A stretch of 57,154 nucleotides of DNA, the filler included, from Basidioascus undulatus (taxonomy: Eukaryota): assembly GCA_000826855.1 (NCBI GenBank). It is 5 parts of 5 records of this genome, joined end to end, with 100 filler letters (N's around TTAATTAATTAA, not from the genome) between each part and the next. Parts side by side here need not be neighbours in the genome. Positions count along the whole stretch, not along the records: positions 1 to 11,356 come from JTLS01001016.1; positions 11,457 to 22,809 come from JTLS01001017.1; 3 more parts are not named here. One strand, written 5' to 3'. Of the stretch, positions 1 through 11,820 are shown one piece after another (position 1 is the stretch's first letter; each line of letters starts with the position of its first letter). Both the position numbers and the translations under genes were made by a program. The notes under the pieces were generated by a model that searched no databases, was not told the DNA's origin, and saw nothing but the letters and a program-made list of their open reading frames with translations.

Positions 1-785
1 GGGGGGGGGGGGGGGGGGTATGGGACATTTCGTGGATAGGCTTGCGGAATGGGAGGGGAAGGAAGATACCCTTGGCGTTAGGATACCACCGCATCGCTGC
101 TTATACCTTCATGCATTTTGAACACTTCATTTTGTTACTTCATACACGGGGTTGGGTGGTTGCTGCAGCGTTGCATAGCACGGGCCTTCTGGCCTGTCTC
201 GCAGCATTGGAAAGTGCTAGCATCCAGAACAGGAGAGAGAGTCCATCTGCATGCCCGAACTTAGAATATCACTGAAAGAAGCTGAGCTGGCAGGCTGCAC
301 CTACAGGATGATCCGTTGCCTCGAGGCTTTCTGATAGCGAGCGTAGACGGCTTCCTGCCTTGTTCTCTCGAAGCAGGGATTTGGGAGTTCTTCGTGCGAA
401 ATTTTCGGCCGCCTGGCAGCCGAAAGCGCCGTGTGGGTAGGCGTCCACTTTACCTCTGTCCCCACAACGTTGACTGCCCCCCCTCTTCCACCCATCCGGC
501 TTGTACTTCCCATGACCCCAAACTACTCTACGAGCCTTCCTTTCCGAGTCCCAGTACTCTCCCATTCCTCTCCTCTCCGACTCGAGCAGCAGCAGTACAC
601 TTACGCCGTCCAGACTGCACCGGAGCACCTTGCAACGCGCTGTCCCGAAGTTGCACTAAGAGACCGTAGCCGACCGTAGCCTTTGGAGTGCTTTTGTTTA
701 TATGGTTAATGGTGATTACAGGAAGAATTGCTGATGCGTGTTTTGGGGAGATTTGTGAAGCCGAATGCACGGTCTTCCTTGAATA

Positions 786-1960
786 GCTGCGCTGCGTGAG
801 CTCCCTGGAGCGGCGCGACCTTGAGGAAGCGTGCGAATCTCGCGAACCGAAATTGCGGTTTGTGTCTCTTGGGCGGAGGCGACATCGTCGTCTGCTATCG
901 AGCGAACTGCGGGCGTGAGTGAGTAAGTTAGAACGGCTACGGTTTCAGCTGCCCGACGACGGCTCAGGCGTGCAGTGGCAACCCTAAGGAAGCTCCAGAA
1001 AAGGGGAAGAAGAACCTTGGGATTCTTCGTGAGTTAATTCCTGAGGGAACACGCGTCGCGATGGGCTACCGAGGGAGCTGCGGAGAAGTTCTCTGAGTAG
1101 GGTAGCTGCGTTGCTCGACGACAGCTCGGTTCAGCAAAAGCGCTAGCGGCAACCCGGAGGAAGCGCGCGAGGGAGGTGAGATGTTGTATCTTGGGCCTTG
1201 AAGTTCGTACATTGTGCCTTGGGCGGAGACGAGAACCAAGTCTGTTTTCGAGCGGTGGGCGGTACAGACGCCGACGGCTCCGTGAAACAGCGACAACCCG
1301 GAGGAGGCGCAAGAGACGGAGAGAATTTCCTTGGAACTTATTTGCTCCTTGTACCTTACGTTTTGGGTGAAGATGGGTGGACGAGATCGAAGCCGGGTTT
1401 CGAGAGATCTATGGCGAGTGAGTAATACAGACCTGAGACACACTGCATTCGACGGCTACATGTTCGACGGCAGCGGAAACCAGAAGGAATCAAGGGACTG
1501 AGAGGGACCTTGAGTCTTGATATTGATTCTTCGATGGAAGCCGGGTCGAGATGAGCTTCGAGCGAGCTGCGAAGGAACAGCGAGCGGGAACGCGCACTGT
1601 CCGACAGCTCTGGGGAGCAGCAGCGACCCAGAGGAAGCGCGACGGCGGAAATAGAAGAGCCTTGCGTCTTTCGGGGTAGTTTTTGGGGAAGAGACGTCGA
1701 GCGATCTGCGGAAGAACGGTGAGTGGCACAGCTGCGCTGCAGCTGCCCGACGACGCTCCGAGAGTCGGTGCAACCCTGAGGAAACGCGAGAGACGCTTTG
1801 GTCTTGGACCCTTGTATCTTGTGTCCTTGTGTCTTGAGTGGGTAGAATATCGTCGTCGGTTAATCGGAGATCTAAGGGGAGTGATCGATATACGGTGCAG
1901 ACGCGAGACGCGCTGCCCGACGACAGCTCCGTAGAGCAGCAACAACCCGGAGGAAGCGCG
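786..1960. repeat. Degenerate tandem array, about 7-8 units with ~145-180 bp period
   Basis: A recurring motif, roughly GCTGCCCGACGACaGCTC-n4-GAGCagc..cAACCCnGAGGAAGCGCG, occurs at ~786-834, 946-994, 1104-1168, 1262-1310, 1591-1642, 1731-1790 and 1909-1960, with a weak copy at ~1445-1490. Secondary motifs CGAGCGAnCTGCGG and CTTGGGC also recur. The copies fall in different reading frames. Confidence 0.75.
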
Positions 1961-3868
1961 AACGGGCCCTCCGGAGAGCGTATGGGGGATGGTATTCTGG
2001 TAATTAGGGGATGGTTGGGAGAGAGGGGGGGCAAAGGCGAGCGGCGGGACGCGGACGAGGATGTGGACTGGAATGTTGCTGTTCGGTGTCTCGCCTTTAG
2101 GCGGGTGATGCGGGCTGACTGGTGGCCGATGATTTGGCTCGAGAAATTTAATCCTACCTACTAAATACTGCATCCGTCACCGGATATATCATCAAGATAG
2201 GAACCCTGGCCTGCCCGAGGAGCGTGTTGCCTGTTGAAAGATATTCCAGATCCAGCAATGCACGGCGGTAATAGACTCCCGTTCGGCGCAAGTCCAGCGT
2301 AAACCCCCCAAGCTTCCTTTCTTCACATATCTCATTTCTATTATTGGACCCCCAGAAGAGATCTTGCGTTGGAGGAGTTTACCTCGTTAGACTGTCCTGC
2401 CTTTCCTTGCCTCGGCTATTATCCACTTGAACCACGTTTCCGCAAACTTCCCCGCACCTGGTTTAGTCTGAATCTGTATTGCCTCTCTTCGATTCCGTCC
2501 AATTGACCACGATACTCGATGCAAACTATCATGGATCATGCATCGCAGTCGCTGTTGACAAAATCATGCCCACCTGTTCCATTCGCAACGAGCGAGCCAA
2601 CGTGCCCAATTTCTCTGCGATACACATCGATCAAAGTAGAAGACATAAGCTCTTTGACTGTCGGGGAAGGTCCACAGTTGTCTGCGCGCAGCACGATCAC
2701 GATGTTGCAGCCTGCAGTGATCCCCAATGGGGTATCACTCAAGCTTTGAGCAGTACACGCAGCCAATCAATTTTGAATATTCTCTGCTCCTTAGTGACAG
2801 TAAGATTATTGATCACCAATTGGGCACCTTTGGAGGCAACTAATAGTGCAGATTAAAGCGGAACCCTGAAAACCGGTTCATTGACCATCAGTCTATTCGT
2901 TGTGAAAGATGTAACATACCTTCTTCTAGGGGATGAACGTCGTTTGTTTGGAAGAGAATCCACAGCATCCGCATGTGACAGCGGACCGTTGCGGGGGCCA
3001 GGGGCTCCGTCTTTCTCTGTTCACCAATTCCCACTCGCCCTGTTGCTCCACAACCACCACCTTGTGCTTTTACCATGTCCTCTTCGCCGAGCCTCCCATC
3101 CGAAATCTGGTCCTTCACCTTAGAGTCCGTCGTTGGAAGCCCACCCCTCACTCCCGCGGACCCCTTTGTGCTGCACCCCACCATCGCTCGCTTCGAGTGC
3201 ATGGCGGTACACCGCTCGAAGAAGGCCCCGGGCGTGGTCTGCGGGGCCTGGGAGGTGCGTCTTCCGAGCGTCTGACACAACGAAAGAGTGGGTGAGGTCT
3301 TACCCGATCTTAATGGATATGTTCATAGTCGCCCCGTCGTCTTTCGCCAGCTCCTCATCGCATCGGTTCGCTCGCTGGATTTCGTTTCTGTGACTGAGTG
3401 GAAGTCGCGCTCCCGCTTGAGGTTGACCCTGCGCACCCGGTGCAATCTGCTTCGATCAGTGTTCCTCGACTCCCCTTGCGCACCATCTCCTTCCATGCGC
3501 GTGCGTATCCTTGAGTTCGTGGTGGTGTTGATACACTGGCGGCCAAACTCCGAAGCCTCAAGCGGTACAACGGGGGGTTCACAACAGCGGTCGCAACAGC
3601 CTGTCACTTGGGTCCCAGTCCATGCAAGCTGCGACATCTCTTGGAAGCGTGTCTGTCTGGCAAGGTATGGTTCATCATGAGCATTTCTATCCGAAGGGGA
3701 CGAAAAAGACTTGAATTCGTATCATCTAATATAGCAAGGGGTGAATGTGAGAAGGTTGAGAATGGAAGAATCGTCAAGTGTATGGCGCAGCGGAATGCAA
3801 CGTGGCCGAGATGAATGGTGGGAACGAAGAAAATGATCAGGAAGGAAAGGGCTCTCGAAATCGCATTC

Positions 3869-6800
3869 TCAAACCGTGGCCTTGTTTTCGCGCTTCCCCT
3901 CGTTGACCGTCTCCTTGACGAGCTCGGGCTCGAGCGACTCGCCCTCCAGCCGCGTCCCGTCCAGCGTCTTGACCTCCACGGCGTTCTGGACAGCCTTGAG
4001 CTTGAAGTCTGGGTTCAAAGCCATGTCAGAAGAAAGGGAAGAGGGAGAGAGGGACGAGGCGTTCGACGTGACGTGCCTTTGACGAAGAACGCCGCGATGA
4101 AGGGGAGGAATGCGAGGACGAGCGCGGGAATCAGCATGAGGCGCATGGTCGCGCTGAAGGCGTTGTCTGTGTTCGCACGATGTGCATTGCATGTAAGCCG
4201 AGGGCTGAACGGTACGCCGAGCGGAGCAGAGAGATGCACTCACGCAGCGCTACCCGGTTCAGGTCATTCAGGTCGTGATACTTTATTTGAGCGTTCGCCG
4301 GCATGCCAACGAAATCCCCGATCTCGGTACTGGATTTGGATACCAACCATTAGAACCGAACACGAAACGGGGAGGAATTAGGAAAAATGGACGTGCGCAT
4401 TGAGGAATGGCAGGTTCTTGGCAATCTCAATCGGCAGGCGATTCTTCCAGATCGCGCCCGCGCCTGCCGTGCCAACGACGTTGCCGAGCTCGGCGGCCAG
4501 GAGGACTGCGGCGGTTGCAAGGGCGACGTCTGAAGGAGGGAAGGATGGTTAGTAGGTGGTAGTGCGACATCGAGCGGTGAAGGGGTGGTGAAGAGCTCAC
4601 CCTGATGAGGGACCGCGCCTTGCGCGCCGATTTGCGAGGTGACGGCCGCGATACCACCGCCGGCGCCTTGCAGAATCTGGGTCATGACCAGCTCGCCGAT
4701 GTTCTCACGGCCCTGACGGGCGTGCAGCATAAGGCCCACTTTGGGTTCGGACAACGTCAGTCTGCTGAACGCGTTGATTCACGAGAAGGCGCTGGACATA
4801 CCGCCGATGATGCTGCGTTTTGTAGAAGCATTCAAGTTCAGCCTGCAGAGCCCGCATCATACTGATTCATGAGATGAGGGCAGACGTACCGCACGCCCAG
4901 CGCACAGACAAGGGACCACTTGTAGCCGATCTTGAACCATCCAGCGAAGATACCCCAGAGTATGGCGAAAAACTATAGGGTGGAAGGATCAGCGCTTGGA
5001 CATTCACCGAGGGAGGAACGCAATTGGACTAACAGTCAGGCTGAGCGACTGACTGTGGACGAGCAAATGGTCAGCGGTTGGTTTGCCGGAGAAGGTGAGT
5101 TGACTGACGCGTTGGTGTAGTAGATGATGTCCTGGTAACCCCAGTTGGTGGTGGCTGCAAGACACCATGTGAGCAACACAAGAGGGAATATTGAAGGGGG
5201 TGGCACCCACCGGCGATGAAGCCGTAGAGCTGGTTGATCGTGAGATTGGAAGTTAGTTAATAGCACAAAGTGGATTGGGAAGGCGCAGGTCTTGCCTGGT
5301 TAAAAGTCAGGTAGAAGCTGCAAGTCGAAACGGTAAGACTCTATCTCTTGCATGACCAGCGGACGGCGGAAAAACGTACGAGATGAAGTCAAAGAAGTTG
5401 ACCACGACGCCAGCGAGGACAGTGCGGTTGCGAAGCAAGCGCCAGGGGAAGACCGGGTGCGTGGCACGCTTCGCCTCCCAGTACACGAAGGCCGGGAAGA
5501 CCACCACGCCACCTACCACCATCATAGCCGGAATGGCCGGGTCGTCCCAGGTGGTGGTTACGTACTGACCTGACTGACCTGCGCCGCCAGCAATGACAAT
5601 CGGCACTGTGGGCGAGTTGAGGTCAGCGTCGAAGATGGGAAGAACAGGTCGGATTACTAACAGAAGACGAGGGCGAGGGTTCTGCGGTAGTGGCGTTTAG
5701 GTTAGCAGATGTATCAGAGGTTAAAACAAGGCTTTTTACTTACGCCGTGAGCAAAAAGAGCCCGACCGCATCGATGTCCTCGACGAACTTGAGGAAGCGC
5801 TGGCCCACGGTCGCGCCCTCGAGCTTCTCCTGGTAAACGATACCGCGCTTCTTCGCCTTGCGCTGAGCCCAGAGAAGGACGACGATCTGGAGCAATGAGG
5901 TATGTCAGTTTGAGCCCCAGCTGTAAGAGGGGTAGAGCGACAGACAATAGGAATCAGCGCCGGGAGATAGCAGAGCGCGTAGATGCCGTAGCCCCACCGC
6001 CAGCCGGGACCCTTCACGATCCGGTCCGAGATCCTGCAGAAAATTGGTCTGCCGTGCGGCGTAGAATGAATCCGATAAATAGAACCTACTTCGCATTGGC
6101 GTAGAAGTTGATACTGAAAAATACGAAGAAGGCGGGTTTCAGATGGAGGACGACGTCCAGGATGGAAGGCCAACGCACAAGTACCACCCGCCGGAGGACA
6201 TTTGCGAGATGATGGGGCGCCAGCGCAGAGTCGTAATGTCCGCAATCACAATCTGATCCCAACGTCAGTGACGGTCGTTCGATGAATGGCTTCACAACAC
6301 ACCTGCAGGGCAATCTGAAGTCCCGAGAACCCGAGCTCCCAGATGCAGTTGCCCGCTCCCAGCCCGGTCATAGTAGGTGCCGCAGCCGAGATGATGCTGC
6401 GTTGTATGTCAACGATCTATCCCTCACTTTGCACGGTAAGGAAACGTCAACACACTATCCGAGGACGTAGAAGAATAGAGCCAGAGCGATCGCCTCAGCA
6501 CGGCCGATGACGTCGGTAAACTTGGCGAAAAGGGGCTTGCCAATGGCAACTGCATCCTGCAGTTAGAGAAGCTGTGGGAGAGTCTAAGCACATTGAGAGA
6601 AACATACGCAAGATAGCCATACTGTGGGCGCTAACGTGAGCAAGCAGACAACCAGTATCAGGCGGAACTGGTACGCACGCGCATTGGATCGCCGCGAACT
6701 GCTCATAGTGACCCAGCGCTGAGGACGCATAGCTGCCCCACGCCCAGTTGGTACCGTTGTCGAGAACATACATGTAGCTATCATAGGTCTCGACGGTCAG

Positions 6801-7089
6801 GGATGACCATCATCCGCAACATGGACGCTACACACCTAGCGAGGGCGATCGCTATCCACAACGCGACCTTGGACCACGGGCCCCAGACCTTTTACATCCC
6901 CAAGTTGAGATTTGACCATGACCAGGAGAGACCGGCAAGGCTTACCGCTTGCAACGCTTCGACCTTGCGCACACCCTCCTGCGTCTCATGATCGAGCACT
7001 GGCACGGGCCCGTCGTTGGAGCCGGGGAGCCCCTCCGGCTCGTGTGGCTCGTGCTTCTCGTAGGGCGGGGGGATCTTTGTATCCGACAT
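3869..7089 (-). CDS. MFS siderophore-iron transporter (SIT / Str / MirB / ARN-like), many introns
   Basis: Spliced peptides: MSDTKIPPPYEK..QEGVRKVEALQA, LDNGTNWAWGSYASSALGH, GKPLFAKFTDVIGRAEA, IVIADITTLRWR, GPGWRWGYGIYA, YWEAKRATHPVFPWRLLRNRTV, LVMTQILQGAGGG..QIGAQGAVPHQDVA, and a C-terminus ..KRENKATV*. These are typical of fungal 14-TM siderophore transporters. Confidence 0.9.
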
Positions 7090-7202
7090 ACTCGTTCCGC
7101 GACGTGGTCTCGAAAGGACAGACTCGACGACGATGGCAAAAGGCGAGTCGGTCGCACGAGAGGGTGAGGAGAAAGAGAAAGAAGACGCACGGTCTGATCG
7201 AG

Positions 7203-7229
7203 TTATCTGATTCGCAGTGAGCCAGATAA
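7203..7229 (-). promoter_or_regulatory. Candidate iron-responsive GATA repressor (SreA/Urbs1/Cir1-type) sites
   Basis: TTATCTGAT at 7203-7211 reads ATCAGATAA on the minus strand and matches the ATCWGATAA consensus. A second CAGATAA lies at 7223-7229 on the opposite strand. Both are ~115-140 bp upstream of the siderophore transporter ATG. Confidence 0.65.
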
Positions 7230-7884
7230 AGATCAAGATCAGAGTGCACGGGGTGTGACGTCGGCGCCTTCGGACGATCTCGGCCTTTTCTGCTGCACTC
7301 CTGCTGCGTCTTCGTCGGTCTGCATGTGTATGTATACTTTGATTCAAAACAGGCATGTTTTACTTTACATATGCATCCAAAGAGAATTTGAGCCTCAATG
7401 TGCTGCTGTGTGTTGTCTTGTGCGGCTGCTACCCCGCTCACGAGCACGCGCTGGTTTAAGAATTCGTTACCAAGCGCGGCAGCCGTGGCATGTTCCCGCA
7501 TGGAAGTAAGGCCAGGTTTCCACCAAGCTCATCCGTATAAGTCCATGATTGACATCCAACATCCGCCGGCGAAAGGGGTGCCCGTTCTTCGGTGACAATC
7601 GGTGTAGAGAGCCTGTAGAGTATCTTCATGGTGACCTCCCACGACTGCGGTTCCCACTGCGTTGTACTGCGTCGGGGCCGACAGGCGCACATACCACTGC
7701 CGATGGTGACCATGTGGTGCGCGAAGGCCGACCGAACATGACAAGCAGCGTCCCAGCCCCTGACAAGGAAAATTTTCTACGAGCTGTCAAAGGTAGGGAG
7801 CGTACTTGAGGGTACCTTCGAAGGGAAAAAGCAGATGCAGTCCCGACCACGCACACGTAGCTACACCGTTCCATCGGCGAATCA

Positions 7885-7942
7885 TTCTTCCTGGGGTGCT
7901 CAAGGGGCACTTTCTTCCTGAGGTGCTCAGGGGGCACTTTCT
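7885..7942. repeat. 27-bp direct tandem repeat (2 copies)
   Basis: TTCTTCCTGGGGTGCTCAAGGGGCACT followed by TTCTTCCTGAGGTGCTCAGGGGGCACT. Confidence 0.85.
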
Positions 7943-8369
7943 GCATTTCGAGGGTGGGTGAGGCGTCTGGCTTCCGCATCGTGACGGTGATGAAACGCCC
8001 AGCTTTACGGTTGAGTAACCCTGGGCATTGAGGTAGGCGCGGCGCTTTCGTCCTTCCCCGGCTTGAACTACAAAATGAACAGTCTTGATCATTTGATAGT
8101 CTACTTCAGTCAGGTGTAAACAAAATCAAAGCACAACAGAATGTATGGTCAATGTCGACCTTTTCCCCCAGTCAAACCCAAGTGTGTCGCGCGACCGCCA
8201 AGCGAAGAGAAATGGATGTGGGGCCCAAAATGAAAGCGCTTGTCCACGAAAAAAAAGGGAAAAGTACAAGGCGACGGGAAGCATTCGTAGGTATAAGGCA
8301 AGATGGACACGAAGTGAAAAGGAGCGGGACTGTGGGGTGCACTTTTTGAGTCACAGTAGCAGGGAGGTG

Positions 8370-9548
8370 CTACCGGTTTTGCTCAGCTCTGGCGAGGTTG
8401 CGGAAAATCCTCCTGGGTAAGAATGGCCTTGGCAGCGGAAGATTGCGGGATGCTTCGAAAACGTACCTCGCAAGCATCTCCTTTACTCCCTCGTCCTTGC
8501 CCCCTTCACCGCCTCCTGCTCCGCCGACGACCCGAGTGGAAAGCGTTTCCTGACAGCCTTCCGCATCCTCTGCACCTTTCTCCCAGCCATTAGTCTCCTC
8601 GTATATGAAGATCTCGTCCAAGTGCGACGATGCCATGGAACGGGGTAAGATGGAGCCGGCGCTGACCTGACTGAACACGCACGGCCGATTTTTCCGCACG
8701 CACTGGTTGCACGGCTCGGTACGAGAGCATCGCAGGTGAGATTGGCGGCATGCTGAAACAGCGGAGAACAGACGGAGAGAAGACGGTAGCGGAGTGGTCA
8801 GTCGCGAGCGTTTGAAGTTGGGGCGCTCCCATGAAAGTGCAGCCTACCGGTGCATGCGAGGGGCTTCGTTGGCGGACCCGGAAGGTCCGGCGAGTGTGCG
8901 GATTGGTGCGGTGGGATCGAAAGCGGAGGAAGACCCACGTTGGGCCTAGGTAACGGCGGACTGTTGAATGGAAATGTTTAGCACCCGTGCATCAAACGAT
9001 TCGTTGGACAAGAGAGATTCAGCTCACCTAGGGCCATTGACAAATGGGATTCCGCTCCATCCTGCGGCTTTCACATCTCCCCCTCCTCCTACCCCACCCC
9101 TAAACACTAGGGGCGCAGTCGTGTACAGCGCGCTTACGCCCTCCTGCGGCATCTGGTACTCCTCGTCCTCCTCCAGCCGCCCGCGGCCCCACACCGCCGG
9201 CGAGAGCGGAAGCGTGGGCGACTCGGGCGAACTGGGCCCCGAGGTCGAGGGCGAGGAGTAGCTTTGAAGGGGCGATTGGGGCAACGGCGGCTCCGCGAGG
9301 CGGTCCCATGGGGTTGACGTGAGGAGAGGATGCGGGGGAGGGGGAGGCCCATAAGTGGGTGGAGAGTAACGATGGGAGTGATACGCTTGAGGCTGGCGGA
9401 GGTCGTAGGTGTACGGGAACACGGGGCTAGGGTGCGCCGGCGGAGGAGAAGGCGGCGACAGGACAGAAGAGTAGGGGTAGGAAGAGCGCAGATGCGGGAG
9501 GTAAGAGTCGTGTTGCTCGTGCTGCTGCTCGGGCTGGTAGTACGCCAT
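8370..9548 (-). CDS. Zn(II)2Cys6 fungal transcription factor with a Pro/Ser-rich N-terminus
   Basis: Removing the GT-AG intron at 8847-8753 gives KPLA-CTAC-RQSHLR-C-SRTEP-CNQC-VRKNRP-C-VF, a canonical C-x2-C-x6-C-x5-C-x2-C-x6-C. The first exon (ORF 9024..9548) joins in phase through AG|GTGAG. The 3' end is approximate. Confidence 0.85.
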
Positions 9549-10965
9549 TGTTTTCGATTTTGAGTATAATAATCGGGGAGATGATGGTGGTTGCCATCAG
9601 AGCTGCAGGACGAGCACGGATTTTCGAACTCCACTGCCGCCAATATCGCCGTCCACCCGTTGCAGCTACAATTTGCTCCGTATCCATTTGCGCGAGCAAC
9701 GGGACGAGTCACCCTCGAAATTACGGTAATTCGATAAAATAAGCTCCGACCCGGGAACTTGTTCAGTTCCCGCTGGGACGCGGACGAACAAGGAACGAGG
9801 GTCACGGTAAACCAAACAACCAAAACTGGCGTTCTGGTCTGCCGTGCGTTCGTGCCGCCTTTATTGGTACTGCAGACTTCCGGGGGTTTACCTCAAGCCA
9901 AAGGCTCAAGCTGTGTAACGAAATGTGGAGAGTGCAGGGGTGGCAGGCAATCACAGAAAATCAGGGGCCAACGCCAGGCCTGTCGGCGAGCATCGATGAG
10001 CAGGTTGGACGAACACTTCCCTCACACTTGGAATAACTTGACTTTCCTGATCATTGTAGAGTAACTTCACATACTGTTGATCCGGTAGTACGCAGATCAC
10101 CGGATCACCTTTGTGGTCCGAAGCAACTAGCCGGCAACCGAAGTCCAGGCAGCACCCTGCAAAATCGCCTTCTGAAAGATAAAGGGGCCTCGCCAGGCAA
10201 CACTCGCTCGCCCCCGAGCCATTTTATTCACTGTGAGTGTACCTCAAGAAATTTGGCCACGGCGGAATGGCGCAACAGTATGGCTCGAGCCGCCAGGTTG
10301 TGAACGAGGCGAACAAGGTGTTGCTCTACCTTGATGCTCCCCTCAGAGGGGACGGGATCACCAGGCGCGTCGACCCGTTCGTGCTCATTGAGCCGTTGTA
10401 AGTTTCTACGCTGGATGTTGGAGTGGGTCCAATGTCAGGCCTCCGGTTGACGTGGTGCTTCGTGCTGTGCGTTCGTCGGGCCTGACGCGTGGGCATATTT
10501 CGTCGCGCTCGTCACTTTTTGGACGATCGGCCATACGCAGTAAGGGATAACTCTTGGAACTTTTTTAAATTTGGGGGTGGAAACATTTGCTGAGAACTCG
10601 GTAAGCCTGACATTCCGGAAGCTTCAAAGCCAGCCAGCCGTCCGACTCTCCGACAACCCACAGCGAGAGATGAGAAGGGAGGAACTGAGCCACTACGAGG
10701 GCAAACTTTCTTGCCGTAAGGAATTGAATTCAATGAGCTTGCAAGAAATAACTGTTGTTTCTTCAGCCTGCGCATGAAACATACAATGTGCAGCGCACTG
10801 GCAAAACCTGCCGGTCGTCCTGAGAAACGAAAGAGTGCTCGAAAAGTATGGCTCTACGCTCAATCTTACGAAAAAGCTGTACATGAGGGCTAGGATACAG
10901 ATGGGAAGTCTATGTGAATGCGCTTTATCTATGACCAGTCGACCAGCGACGGCTGCGAGTCTCGC

Positions 10966-11356
10966 TCAGTGGCAGGCGTGCACTTCCTTGTCCTCGTTCC
11001 AGGACATGACGGGCTTCAGGCCGGGCTTGCAGCTGTCCCCGGATCAAACCCTATCAGTCAGCCCTGACCTCCTACTTTCAACCGAGGGAGCGGAAAGCTG
11101 GCGTACACCGACTCGCACCCCTTCTCCTCCTTCCACTCCGCGCCATGGCCGCACTCCTTCTCCGGGCACTCCTCGCGCGGGGCGTTGCCGAACCCAAACT
11201 TCTTGAGCTCATGCTTCTCGTTGTACTCATGCTTCTCCTCCTGGTAGTAGAACGGCTGGGGCTGCTCCTCGTGGTACGGCTTCTCGACAGGCTTGTGCTC
11301 GGGCTTCTCTTCCTCCTCGCACTCCTCCTCTGGCTTGTGCTCGGGCTTGTGCTCGG
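10966..11356 (-). CDS. 3' end of a Pro/Glu/His/Lys-rich repetitive protein, truncated by the contig end
   Basis: Minus frame reads PEHKPEHKPEEECEEEEKPEHKPVEKPYHEEQPQPFYYQEEKHEYNEKHELKK...KECGHGAEWKEEKG|CKPGLKPVMSWNEDKEVHACH*, with strong GC3 bias and one GT-AG intron. Confidence 0.7.
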
Positions 11357-11456
11357 NNNNNNNNNNNNNNNNNNNNNNNNNNNNNNNNNNNNNNNNNNNN
11401 TTAATTAATTAANNNNNNNNNNNNNNNNNNNNNNNNNNNNNNNNNNNNNNNNNNNN
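11357..11456. other. Artificial contig spacer
   Basis: N44-TTAATTAATTAA-N44 linker with stops in all six frames. Confidence 0.99.
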
Positions 11457-11820
11457 CTCTTCAGGTGAGACTTGAACTCACAACCTCCCGATTAACAGTC
11501 GGACGCGCTAACCAATTGCGCCACCGAAGACGATGGCATAGAAACTGTGGAGAAATCCATGAGCTTTGAACATCGACGTCGCTAGCCAGCAGGACTTGGA
11601 TTCGTTGGCGTCGCTTTCTGAAGGCACAGCCTTAGGGTAAAGGTTGAAAGGATAAGAGTTGAGCCTTGCCTGGGGCCTTGTGGGACAGCAGTGACTGCGT
11701 GTCAAGATGTTCCTACGCGCCTTGACGCTCCGCTGCTCGTGTCCCAGCATACCCCCGTTTGCGATACATCCACAACTCGGACCACATTCGCTTCAAACCT
11801 CACACTCACTAACTGCCGCC

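Noticed and set aside
1..18. Poly-G run at the window start
   Set aside because: It is a homopolymer at a contig end, likely the cause of the assembly break or a sequencing artefact, and not a telomeric repeat.
786..1960. Array read as CRISPR, integron attC sites, hammerhead ribozymes or a repeat protein
   Set aside because: The context is eukaryotic with no cas or integrase gene. CTGANGA occurs in only one unit with no conserved GAAA. Units fall in different frames, and the candidate GT..AG introns are too short.
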